64,000 bases of DNA from Candidatus Latescibacterota bacterium (lineage in GTDB: Bacteria > Latescibacterota > UBA2968 > UBA8231): NCBI GenBank assembly GCA_965242865.1, contig CBDETK010000013.1, positions 3,712,001 through 3,776,000 of the forward strand, in the 5' to 3' direction. Made by a program: the position numbers and the translations under genes. Numbering within the stretch: the stretch's first letter is position 1; each line of letters opens with the position of its first letter. Below, piece after piece: positions 50,043 through 59,042 of this stretch. Under the pieces are notes generated by a model, which saw only the letters and a program-made list of their open reading frames with translations, was not told where the DNA came from and did not search any database.

Positions 50043-50690
50043 TTAGGTACGGAGTAGTAGAGGCAACGCTGAAATGTCACCGATAACCGCAACCTTGGAG
50101 AACTCGTTGAATTCAGCCTCGCTCGTAGTGCCTGATAGTACCGCAATAAAGGGGACCTTGGCCCGCTCGGCCGTTAACGCATCCACTGTACTGTCGCCAA
50201 CGTACAGTACGTCATCCGCATCCATCTGCATTCTAGATATGGCAGCTATCAAACCACTAGGATGTGGCTTGTGCTCATTTACATCTTCTCCGCCGATGAT
50301 GACGCGAAAGCGATCCGCTAGCCCTTCCCTTGCTAGAATCTCCTCAATTCTGTAGCGAAATTTCGTCGACACGATTCCCAATTCAAAACCCATTTCGATC
50401 AATCGCCGAGTTGTCGCAGGGACGCTAGCAAACACAAGCGTTAGCTCGGTCATAACCTGATCGGCTCGTTTGACAAAGCTGCTTATGAACAAACTGACAT
50501 CCTGATTGTTTGGTTGCCCCGTCAGACTTAGAAAGGTGTCCTCTAGGGACAGGCCGATGGTTCGCTTAATCTGCTCGTCATCCGCTTGAGGCCGCCCCAC
50601 CCTTTCCAGCGCAAAATTGACACACTCAATGGTGCCCTTTGTTGGGTCTGCCAGCGTAAGGTCGAAATCAAAAAGGATCGCCCGAGCCAT
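50043..50690 (-). CDS. HAD-superfamily phosphatase (Gph-like); AT-rich
   Basis: FDFDLTLAD, GIVSTK, KPHP, YVGDS..D. Confidence 0.92.
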   Translation of the reverse strand: MARAILFDFDLTLADPTKGTIECVNFALERVGRPQADDEQIKRTIGLSLEDTFLSLTGQPNNQDVSLFISSFVKRADQVMTELTLVFASVPATTRRLIEMGFELGIVSTKFRYRIEEILAREGLADRFRVIIGGEDVNEHKPHPSGLIAAISRMQMDADDVLYVGDSTVDALTAERAKVPFIAVLSGTTSEAEFNEFSKVAVIGDISALPLLLRT

Positions 50691-50696
50691 GTCGCC

Positions 50697-51068
50697 CTAC
50701 GACACCAACACCATCCCATCGCACAATGCCTGTCGCACAAAGGCATTGCCCTCCTCCAGCAACGCAGCCAGTTCCTCCCGCGTGTACGCTATGACATCGA
50801 CCCCCACGCCCACATCCGCCGGTCGGTAGCGCACCGCCCGATCCAAAAACGGCTCGGTGCTGTGGCTTACCACGATTAGCAGATCGGCATCGCTACCCGG
50901 CACCGCATCGCCCCGAGCCAGCGAGCCGAACAGCACGATCCGCTCGATCTCGGGGTGCTGCTCACTCAGTACCTGAGCAGCTCTCTTGAGACGCGCTATG
51001 AGGCGGGGGCGGTCCAGCCAGAACACCTTCACAGAAGCCGATGACTTGGCCGGCGTGGACGAGCGCAC
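50697..51068 (-). CDS. Minimal nucleotidyltransferase (MNT) antitoxin; start uncertain
   Basis: LFGSLARGDAVPGSDADLLIV (GS-x10-DxD), VDV. Confidence 0.88.
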   Translation of the reverse strand: MRSSTPAKSSASVKVFWLDRPRLIARLKRAAQVLSEQHPEIERIVLFGSLARGDAVPGSDADLLIVVSHSTEPFLDRAVRYRPADVGVGVDVIAYTREELAALLEEGNAFVRQALCDGMVLVS

Positions 51069-51402
51069 GTTCTGCTTCATCGTGGGTGTAATACTCATAG
51101 GGTGCTCCTTGTGGATGCGAATTGGGGTAGCGAGCAGGGATATAGTGTTTGTCCAACGCTTTGGCGGCATCCAGCAACTGCTGACTGGGCTTGAGCACCT
51201 CGGGCAAAGACTCTAACAAGGCCGTAACAGAATGCCCCCAAGCCGTGCCGCCCATCTTCTCGACAACCGCCTTGACGGCTTTTTCCGCGCCTTGTTGGGC
51301 GGCAAAGCAAGCCCACTCATAGTCTCCAGCGTTGAGCGAGCGGCGTCCGTGGTCCAAGTCTCGCTGGCCCTGTTTTAGCCAGTCGGTATGTCGGCTCGCC
51401 AT
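50962..51402 (-). CDS. HEPN-domain protein
   Basis: WACFAAQQGAEKAVKA, WGHSV, YIPARYPNSH. Confidence 0.9.
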   Translation of the reverse strand: MASRHTDWLKQGQRDLDHGRRSLNAGDYEWACFAAQQGAEKAVKAVVEKMGGTAWGHSVTALLESLPEVLKPSQQLLDAAKALDKHYIPARYPNSHPQGAPYEYYTHDEAERALVHAGQVIGFCEGVLAGPPPPHSASQESCSGTE

Positions 51403-51410
51403 GGCTACTC

Positions 51411-52553
51411 TTAGAACGCCGGAATGAACTTGTGGCACACGGGCGATGGCACTTCTGCTTTGTGGCCGGTCGGCGTCAGCTTGCCGGTGTCTGGATCGAC
51501 GCGGAAGGTGAAGATGTCGTCGGTGCTGTGGTTGCCGACGATTAGGTACGCGCCCGTGGGGTCGAGGCCAAAGTTGCGCGGGTTGGCTCCGCCAGTCGGC
51601 ACGATCTCGACGAGTGCGAGCTGGCTGGAGTCTGGGTCAATGGCATAGACGGCAATGGAGTCGTGGCCGCGATTGGACCCGTAGAGAAAGCGGCCGTTGG
51701 GGTGGACGTGGATGTCTGCGGTGTGGCTGACCTCGGCATAGCCTTCGGGCAGTGTTGAGATGGTCTGAGTGGTGGTGAGCGTACCAGCGTCGGCGTCGTA
51801 GTCGAAAGCCGTGATGGTGTTGCTCAGCTCGTTGATGACGTAAGCCCGTTGGCCATCGGGGTGGAAGGCGAGGTGGCGCGGACCACTGCCGGGGGCTATT
51901 GCCGGGGGCGTCTGTGCGCGGAGCGTCCCCTTGTCGTGGTCAATCGCATAGATGAGCACCTTGTCGATGCCCAAGTCTGGGGCCAAGGCGTGTTTGTTGT
52001 TGGGGGACACCATAATTGAGTGAGCGTGTGGCCCCTCTTGGCGGCTTGAGTTGACCGAAGAACCCTCGTGTTGGACAAAGTCCGTGGCCGCGCCGAGCGA
52101 GCCGTCTTCGCGGATTGGCAAAATGGCGACGCTGCCGCCGCCGTAGTTGGCTACCAGCGCGTACTGGCCCTCGCGGTCAATGCTGATGTGGCAAGGGCCG
52201 CGGCCAATGGTTGATTCGGTGTTGATGTGGGTCAAGGCCCCGGTCTGCTGGTCAATAGCAAAGGCCGCAACCGCGCCGCCGGGCCGGTCGCCGACCGCGC
52301 TGGTCTCGCCGATGGCGTAGAGGAAGCGGCGGTTGGGAGCGATGTCGAGGAAAGAAGGGTTGTCAATGCCGCCAATGCTGCTTTGGTGTGCGAGCGCACC
52401 CGTGGCCATGTCGAGGCGATAGACGTGGATGCCGTCCTCGTCGCCACTGGAATAGGTGCCGATATAGACGAGATAGTCGCTCATGGTAGAACTCCTTTGC
52501 GCTGTGAAAGCGATGGAAGGGAAGAAGAGAAGAATGAGTAGATGCCATTTCAT
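51411..52553 (-). CDS. 6-phosphogluconolactonase, beta-propeller type (alternative start at 52484)
   Basis: YIGTY, NPSFL, VANYGGG, RQEGPHAH, GSGPRH, SNRGHDSI, PRNF. Confidence 0.92.
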   Translation of the reverse strand: MKWHLLILLFFPSIAFTAQRSSTMSDYLVYIGTYSSGDEDGIHVYRLDMATGALAHQSSIGGIDNPSFLDIAPNRRFLYAIGETSAVGDRPGGAVAAFAIDQQTGALTHINTESTIGRGPCHISIDREGQYALVANYGGGSVAILPIREDGSLGAATDFVQHEGSSVNSSRQEGPHAHSIMVSPNNKHALAPDLGIDKVLIYAIDHDKGTLRAQTPPAIAPGSGPRHLAFHPDGQRAYVINELSNTITAFDYDADAGTLTTTQTISTLPEGYAEVSHTADIHVHPNGRFLYGSNRGHDSIAVYAIDPDSSQLALVEIVPTGGANPRNFGLDPTGAYLIVGNHSTDDIFTFRVDPDTGKLTPTGHKAEVPSPVCHKFIPAF

Positions 52554-52561
52554 AAAACGTC

Positions 52562-52858
52562 TCATTGGCCGCTGGACACCTGAACCTCTGCGTACTCCGG
52601 CAGGGCTTTGACAATGAGTAGGGCGATGGCGTCGCAAGCGTCTGGGTGCGCAACCACGGCGTCGGCAGAACTGGGCTGGGGAATCTCCATGCCTGAGTAG
52701 GCCATACCCTCGATATGAAGGGCTAGGGCCTCGGCGGCCATTGCTCGGGCCTCCTCCAAGGAGACACCAGCGGTGATACAGCCGGGAAGGTCGGGGAAAC
52801 TCACGCCGTAGTCGCTGGTCGGCTCCTTGTGAATTAAGCCGATGTACGTTCTGTCCAT
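52562..52858 (-). CDS. hicB: HicB-family antitoxin
   Basis: YGVSFPDLPGC.TAG.SLEEA, EAL.LHIEG, IPQPS. Confidence 0.9.
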   Translation of the reverse strand: MDRTYIGLIHKEPTSDYGVSFPDLPGCITAGVSLEEARAMAAEALALHIEGMAYSGMEIPQPSSADAVVAHPDACDAIALLIVKALPEYAEVQVSSGQ

Positions 52859-52867
52859 AGGGTCTCC

Positions 52868-53056
52868 TTATCGTAGTTTAAGCCCAGATTGTCTTTCGAT
52901 ATTCCGCAGCGTACCGGCTGGAAGATCGCGCCGCGGATGCGGAACGGTCACCAAACCGCGCTTTGCGGGGTGTTTCAAATGGTAATGCGATCCACGAATG
53001 CGGTCTATTTCCCAGCCATCTGCCCTTAGTCGCCTCAAAACGGTCTGGCTGTCCAT
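52868..53056 (-). CDS. hicA: HicA-family mRNA interferase toxin
   Basis: MDSQTVLRRLRADGW..RIRGSHYHLKHP..GLVTVPHP..DLPAGT. Confidence 0.92.
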   Translation of the reverse strand: MDSQTVLRRLRADGWEIDRIRGSHYHLKHPAKRGLVTVPHPRRDLPAGTLRNIERQSGLKLR

Positions 53057-53058
53057 CG

Positions 53059-55413
53059 CTAATAGACGACGGAAATGACACCGGTGCTCGTGTCGCGGCC
53101 CGACTCGGCTCCTAGGTCGAGGCGGTAGAGATACATGCCCGGTGCGACCAGAGCACCGGACTCGTCGCGGCCCGTCCAAGTGAAGCGGTGGCCCGTTGCG
53201 GTCGGCGTGGACCCGATCGCGGCAACTTGGCGGCCCGCTAGGTCGTAGAGCGCGAGCGTGGGGGTGGCCGCGTCTAGCTTGAATACCACGAAGCGCATGT
53301 CGAGCACATCGTTGACCCCGTCGCCGTTGGGCGTAATCGCGGGTGAGGCCAGTTCGAGCGCATCGATGAGTTGGCCGTGTGCTGCGAGTTCGGGCAGCAT
53401 CACGACTTGGGCGCGGCGCTCGGCTGGAACGACCGATTGCCAGAGGCCGGGCCGCTCGCTCAGCCCGAGGTCGAGGGAAAAAACCGTGGCGTTGTGCAAA
53501 ACCCGCGTGGTAAAACCCACCCGAACCGAGTCCTCGGTCACAACGCGCGGCAGGGCGACCCACAGGGAGTCGCCGCGCTGGTCAACGCGGGCCGGCGCGA
53601 CCGGCGCGGGGCCAATGTGTAATTCGAGGTCCTCGGCGTCAATCCGACCCGGCACAATAAAGCGCAACAGGTCAAACCCCGAGTCCTCAGCCGCCAGCTG
53701 CGGCCAAAGCGTATAGGTGAAGCGAGTGTCCTCGTTGGGGATGGCTTGGCGCGGCTCAATGCGGCCTACTGCGCCCTGCAATAGCGCGTCCTCAAACTCG
53801 ACCGAGAGCGAATGGACCACCGGCGCCACGCTGGGGTCGTCCGTAGAGAGGATTAGCTCCAGCAGGACAAAGCGGCGCGGGCTTTCCGACTGGAATGCCT
53901 CGCCCGAGAACTGATAGACATTGCTCCATTCCCCCCAATCCTCGCCCACCACGAGCGTTGTATCGACCGGGCCGCGCAGCACCTTGGGCGAACTCTTCCA
54001 CTTCTCCTCGGTGACCTGTTCGCCGATCTTGTTGTAAAACGTATAGACCGGCTCCAGCGAATTGCCCGAGCGCGAACGCAGTTGCAGGTGGGTGCCCGCG
54101 GCGAGCTCGGCGTCCCAAGCGAGGTTTTTGATGACCTTTGGACGACCGTCGCCCGAAATCTGGCCCAAGTCCACGAAATCCGAGTGCAAGACCACTTCGG
54201 CGGGATAGCCCGGCGAGAAGAGCATGAACTCGGCCCATTTGACAATCCCCCAGCCGGTGTCGCGGATGCCGTGCCAGAAGAAGTAGCGCATCTTGCGCGG
54301 CTTGAACATATAGCGAATGTAGAGCAGGCGGTCGCCATTGGGGTTGACGTGGGTCAGCAGCTCGGTGTAGTCAAACGCATCGGGCACGGGCAGATTGGAG
54401 CTGAGGCTGCGGGCACCATCGGAATAGAGCACGGTATGGCCCGGGCCGGTGCCATTGATCGAAAAGCCCACCAAGCCCTCGTCGGGCCGAAAGGAGTAGA
54501 GAAAGAACTCATCAACGAAGAACACCGCCCCCAGATCCACGCCAAACCACACCCCGCCCTCCTTCCAGCCGAGGCTGCCGTAAGAAGAGCCGATTAGGTT
54601 GTTGGTGTTCATGTCGGCGTCGAAGAGGTTTTGCGGATCGACCGAATTGATCCCGTTGACAAAGCGGCCCCGCTGCATGGTGCCAATGCTGAGGTTGTCG
54701 CCGATGGCGCGGACCTCGATTTCGGCCAAGGCCGCGCCCGGAGATTTCTCTTCGACCTCAATGCGGACGCGCTGGATCACCCTATAGTTGTTTTGGGCGG
54801 CCGGGTCGCCATCCAAGCCTTGGTCGAGCTGCAGGACGCTGTCGCGGGCGGCGAACCCGAGGGGGATGACGATTTCGCGGTCTGCGTTGGGCTGGGTCGT
54901 GCGGAAGAGCGGGTCTAGCAGCACTAAGTCGTCTTGGACCGAGATGCGGGTCCCGGTGCTGCCGTACACGGTAAACTGGCGGAAGGGACGCACGTCCTCT
55001 GCGTCGGGAAAGACCAGGCGGATCTCTCGGGCCAGCACGGCCCGGCCCAAGTCTATTTCAATGGCCCAGTCCTCAATGGCATCGGCTGGGTCTGGACGCC
55101 AGAAGGTCTGGAAGTCCCCGTCGATGATGTAAGTTGCATCGGCTGGGTTGGAGGCCGCCTCCCAGATGCCGCCCGCCACGCGCCCGCGCCTCTTGCTTTC
55201 GTAGGAGAATCGATCGGCATCAGCGACCGCGTTGATATCCTTGCGGAACTTGACGAGTTGAAGCTGGCCGTCCTCGCCCACCTCGGTCAGGCCGAAAGGC
55301 AGCTGCCAAGTTGCCCAAGCATCTCGCCCTTGGAAGGTCAGGGTTTCGCTGCCAGCGGCCACGACGGCAAACGCGACCCAAACGAGCGGCCAAAGAAATC
55401 GCATCGTTCCCAC
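53059..55413 (-). CDS. Secreted protein with discoidin-like segments and a C-terminal FlgD-Ig/CHU_C-like domain
   Basis: Signal peptide; DGDFQTFW..IEIDLG; ITPNGDGVND, LYDLAG, WTGRD..G..VAPG.Y. Confidence 0.75.
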   Translation of the reverse strand: MGTMRFLWPLVWVAFAVVAAGSETLTFQGRDAWATWQLPFGLTEVGEDGQLQLVKFRKDINAVADADRFSYESKRRGRVAGGIWEAASNPADATYIIDGDFQTFWRPDPADAIEDWAIEIDLGRAVLAREIRLVFPDAEDVRPFRQFTVYGSTGTRISVQDDLVLLDPLFRTTQPNADREIVIPLGFAARDSVLQLDQGLDGDPAAQNNYRVIQRVRIEVEEKSPGAALAEIEVRAIGDNLSIGTMQRGRFVNGINSVDPQNLFDADMNTNNLIGSSYGSLGWKEGGVWFGVDLGAVFFVDEFFLYSFRPDEGLVGFSINGTGPGHTVLYSDGARSLSSNLPVPDAFDYTELLTHVNPNGDRLLYIRYMFKPRKMRYFFWHGIRDTGWGIVKWAEFMLFSPGYPAEVVLHSDFVDLGQISGDGRPKVIKNLAWDAELAAGTHLQLRSRSGNSLEPVYTFYNKIGEQVTEEKWKSSPKVLRGPVDTTLVVGEDWGEWSNVYQFSGEAFQSESPRRFVLLELILSTDDPSVAPVVHSLSVEFEDALLQGAVGRIEPRQAIPNEDTRFTYTLWPQLAAEDSGFDLLRFIVPGRIDAEDLELHIGPAPVAPARVDQRGDSLWVALPRVVTEDSVRVGFTTRVLHNATVFSLDLGLSERPGLWQSVVPAERRAQVVMLPELAAHGQLIDALELASPAITPNGDGVNDVLDMRFVVFKLDAATPTLALYDLAGRQVAAIGSTPTATGHRFTWTGRDESGALVAPGMYLYRLDLGAESGRDTSTGVISVVY

Positions 55414-55415
55414 CC

Positions 55416-57467
55416 TCAGTACGCGATGCCCAATGGGCGGAGCAAGGCAGCCGCACGGAGCTCGGATTGCAGGGCTACCGAGATTAGGTACACGCCCGGA
55501 GGCAGGGCGCGGCCCTCGGCGTCGCGGCCGTCCCAGCGCACCCGTTGCGGCCCGGCCGTTTGCAAGCCTTGGGGCACGGTCGCCAGGCGGCGTCCGTCGA
55601 GCGCGTAGATCGCCAGTTCGACGGGCACTTGTTCCGGCAGGCCATAGAGGGCATAGGCCACGTCGAGCTCGTCGTGAACGCCGTCGCCATTGGGCGTCAA
55701 CACGGGCGTTGAAAGGCGCAAGTCTTGCAGTAGGGCCGGTTGCTGATCCGCAAAACTGAGGACGCGCAGGCTATTGGTGGAGAGCGTTTCGCTCGCGTCG
55801 CCCGATACGATGGGTTGGGGCAAGGTCTCGACCTGTGAATCCGCGACTGTGCCCAAGAACGTGGTGGCCAGTTCAAAAACCTCCGCTGCAAAGACGATGC
55901 GCAACAGCGCGTTGTTGGTGCGGGTGACGCGCTCAGGCAGGATCACCGTTAGCCCGTCGTCCTCTTCGCGGACAGCGGCTGGGGCGGTCGCTTGGCCGCT
56001 GACGAGCAATTCTTTGAACGCGGGCCGGGCCCCGGTGTGGATATGCACTTGGTCGAAGCCGCGCTGATTCCCCCCGGAAAAGGAGGCCGCTAGGTCGTAC
56101 GCAAACTCGACCATTTCGCCCAAGGCGACCTCGCCGAACCCGTGCGCGGGCCGCGGGTCGGCGAGCGGGGCCACTTCGCCGAGGACGCGCGTGGCCAACA
56201 GCGGCGCCCGCTCGACCCACAGCGAGTCCAAACGCACAAAATCCTCAAAGCGGGTGCTGTGAAAAGTGATGAATACTTGGATGAAGGAACCGCTGTCGAG
56301 GTTGAGCGGCAGGCCCGACTGAGTCGTGGGCGTTGACCAGAAGGTCCAGTTATCGCGGTCGTAGGTGACTCCGGCTCGCATTCCGGGCCGGGGACTGCGC
56401 TGGACGAAGTCGCAGGAGGCGCACGTACGGGCGAACCCCGTGCGGAGGTCGTTCTCGTAGCGGGCGCGGGAGACGACCTTCTCCTTGCCGGTGACCGTGT
56501 ATTCGTGATAAATGTTCGGGTCGTCGTCCCGGCCCGTGCGCACCTCAATCTCGGCGAAGGCCCGGGCATCCGGTGCCTCAACGGCCTCGCCGTTGACGAC
56601 GCGCATGGGCGTGGCGGCAAAGAACAATCGGCCAAAGTTTTGCTCGGCCCCGAGGTCGATGATCTTGGAGCGGTACGTAGCTCGCTTGGGAAAGCCCTGG
56701 CCATAGACCTCGAACTCGCTGATGGTGCCCAAGAGCGAGCGGGCTTGATTGCCTTGGCCGCCGGACGTGCCGCTAACGCGGGTCAGGGCCGTTTCGTCGA
56801 TGATGGAAAATTTGCGGGCCCAGCGGAAGAAGCGCACGTATTGCTGGTCGAAGTCAATGTGTACGTCAGGCGCGAAATTTTCGGTCGGCTCAGCGACAAT
56901 CCGCGCGAGGGGCTGCGGCCCTTTGACGGCGAAAATCTCGCTGTTTTCCTCTTGGATTGAGACTTGGAAGGCCGGCGTCGAATCCGTGGGCAGCGGCGTA
57001 CCGTCGGAGCGGAAACCGCTCGAAGGGGTGTGGAAGCCGAAGGTGTGCGCCGGCATGGGTACGGCCAAGTCAATGGTGAAAAACTGCTTGCCGATGCCCT
57101 CGGCCTTGGAGGAATTGTACGTGGTGCTGTCTGCATCGATGAGTGCGACGCCGTTTTCAGTGGGGTCGCCGTTGCCCTCGTTCCACTTCCAGATGCGGGG
57201 GCGCTCGCCGTCGATATAGCCCAGCTCTTTGGGCTGGCGAAAAGTCGTCCAGTTGTTGAGCAGGGAAATGATGTTGACGCCCGGCTCGACGAGCACCGGC
57301 TGGATGGCACCGGGGACGCGCTCAAAGTCGATCATAATGCTCACCGTGTCTTGGCCGACCCAAGGCTGGCTGCCGCCGAGTTGCCAAGTCGTCACCTCAG
57401 CGTTTGGGGCGGTCGGCGCTAGAAGCCCGATGCTAACGGCGAGCCAAAAGCTGCGAATGCGCGGCAT
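55416..57467 (-). CDS. Secreted paralog with a C-terminal FlgD-Ig/CHU_C-like domain
   Basis: Signal peptide; LTPNGDGVHD, IYALDG, WDGRD..G..LPPG.Y. Confidence 0.75.
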   Translation of the reverse strand: MPRIRSFWLAVSIGLLAPTAPNAEVTTWQLGGSQPWVGQDTVSIMIDFERVPGAIQPVLVEPGVNIISLLNNWTTFRQPKELGYIDGERPRIWKWNEGNGDPTENGVALIDADSTTYNSSKAEGIGKQFFTIDLAVPMPAHTFGFHTPSSGFRSDGTPLPTDSTPAFQVSIQEENSEIFAVKGPQPLARIVAEPTENFAPDVHIDFDQQYVRFFRWARKFSIIDETALTRVSGTSGGQGNQARSLLGTISEFEVYGQGFPKRATYRSKIIDLGAEQNFGRLFFAATPMRVVNGEAVEAPDARAFAEIEVRTGRDDDPNIYHEYTVTGKEKVVSRARYENDLRTGFARTCASCDFVQRSPRPGMRAGVTYDRDNWTFWSTPTTQSGLPLNLDSGSFIQVFITFHSTRFEDFVRLDSLWVERAPLLATRVLGEVAPLADPRPAHGFGEVALGEMVEFAYDLAASFSGGNQRGFDQVHIHTGARPAFKELLVSGQATAPAAVREEDDGLTVILPERVTRTNNALLRIVFAAEVFELATTFLGTVADSQVETLPQPIVSGDASETLSTNSLRVLSFADQQPALLQDLRLSTPVLTPNGDGVHDELDVAYALYGLPEQVPVELAIYALDGRRLATVPQGLQTAGPQRVRWDGRDAEGRALPPGVYLISVALQSELRAAALLRPLGIAY

Positions 57468-57477
57468 GTCCTGCCTC

Positions 57478-58218
57478 CTAGCGGAAGTGCGCGTCGGCCG
57501 CGTGGGCGGCCCCCGGGCCGCGTTCCATCCTCATGAGCTGGCGCTGACGCGGGCTCAAGCCATCCCACCACTCAGGCGGAAAGCCGTCGTGCGGGTCGAG
57601 CTGAAATACCAGCATGTGCTTTCGATAGTGGCCGAAGAGGGCGTGGCGGTTGTGGTCGCTGGTGTTGGCGCCGCCGCCGTGCCAGCACTGGCCGTTAAAG
57701 ACGATCACCGAGCCGGCCGGGGCTGTCGGCTGGACCTCGTGCTGGACGGCAAATCCCGCTGGGGGCGCGGCGAGGCCGCTCTTGTGCGAGCCGGGCACTA
57801 CGCGGGTGCCGCCGATCGCGGGGCTGAAGTCGTTGAGCATCCACACCGTATTCATCATCACCGGCGTGTCCATGTTGAGCATGTAAGCGGGGATGTCGCT
57901 GTGCAGGTCTTGGAAGCCGTCGCCGGGGCGAACGATACGCGAGTTGAGGCTGCCCAAAATCAGCGAGGGCTCGAGAAAGTGCTCGAGGACCGGCAAGACG
58001 CGGGGGTGGTCAATGCACTGGTGGAAGATGCGATCCATGACCGGGAGATTGGCTACGTGGCGGGCCGAGCCGCGGTGGGTGTGTTCGGTGCCGTGCTCTT
58101 GTTCGCAGCGGATCAGGGCTTGGCGCATGGCCACGGCAGTGTCGGGGTCGAGGACGCTTTCGAGCAGGGTGAAGCCGTAGAGTTCGATTTCTTGGACGGC
58201 TTGTTCGAGTTCGTTCAT
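57478..58218 (-). CDS. PhyH-family dioxygenase
   Basis: LHSD, WMLNDF, TRVVPGSH, WHGGGANTS...R. Confidence 0.92.
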   Translation of the reverse strand: MNELEQAVQEIELYGFTLLESVLDPDTAVAMRQALIRCEQEHGTEHTHRGSARHVANLPVMDRIFHQCIDHPRVLPVLEHFLEPSLILGSLNSRIVRPGDGFQDLHSDIPAYMLNMDTPVMMNTVWMLNDFSPAIGGTRVVPGSHKSGLAAPPAGFAVQHEVQPTAPAGSVIVFNGQCWHGGGANTSDHNRHALFGHYRKHMLVFQLDPHDGFPPEWWDGLSPRQRQLMRMERGPGAAHAADAHFR

Positions 58219-58322
58219 AAGGGTCTCCTTTACAAGGGGCCTAAAATAAGCCCGCAAAGTTCACTTCGGCAACTGACTGGTTTTAACCGGCAAGGCCCAA
58301 GGTGTCCAGCAAAAAGCGGCGA

Positions 58323-59042
58323 TTACGCCGCGTAGAGTGCCTCTGCGATCATGCGCAGCGACAGGAGCGTGATCACGACCCTGAAGACCTTGCGGAAGAG
58401 GCTCTCGGAAACCCGGTCGCGCAAGCGCGTCCCGCTCCACGAACCGAGTGCTGCCGCGCCAATCATTCCGGCGATGAGCGGCAAGTAGGGCGCGAAGGCA
58501 AAGCCGACAAAGCCGAAGACCAGAATTTTGCACAGGTGGGTGACGACCATAACCATGCCGTGGGTAATGACCAAGCGATCCTTGGGCAACCCCGCGCTGG
58601 CTAAGAAGACACCAGTCAGGGGCCCAGCGACGCCGACGAACAGGGCGAAAAAGGTCTGAAGGGCACCGAACAGGGCGAAGTGGCCGGGGAGGCGAAAAGC
58701 GCGTTTGGGCGCGGGAATCCAGACGACGAGGAGGATGAAAACGCCTAGGTACAGGGGCAGATCGTCAAAGCGGAAGCCGCCCATGACCTGCGCCCCCGCA
58801 ACAGCACCGAGGACTGCACCGCCCGCGAAGGGCCAGAAGACGCGCCAGTCGATGTGGCGAAAGCCAAAGAATACGCGGCTGGCGTTGGAGGCTAGCTGCA
58901 CGGCACCGTGGATGGGGATGATGGCCGCGGCAGGCAGCAGGCCCGGCATGACCGAGATCAGCGCGATACCGCCGCCCACGCCGATGATCGCGGTAAAGGC
59001 CGACGTCAGGAAGGAGACGCCGATCAGGAAAAAGAGATCCAT
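58323..59042 (-). CDS. TauE/SafE-family sulfite exporter
   Basis: GVGGG, IPIHGAVQLASNASR, about 8 TM segments. Confidence 0.85.
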   Translation of the reverse strand: MDLFFLIGVSFLTSAFTAIIGVGGGIALISVMPGLLPAAAIIPIHGAVQLASNASRVFFGFRHIDWRVFWPFAGGAVLGAVAGAQVMGGFRFDDLPLYLGVFILLVVWIPAPKRAFRLPGHFALFGALQTFFALFVGVAGPLTGVFLASAGLPKDRLVITHGMVMVVTHLCKILVFGFVGFAFAPYLPLIAGMIGAAALGSWSGTRLRDRVSESLFRKVFRVVITLLSLRMIAEALYAA

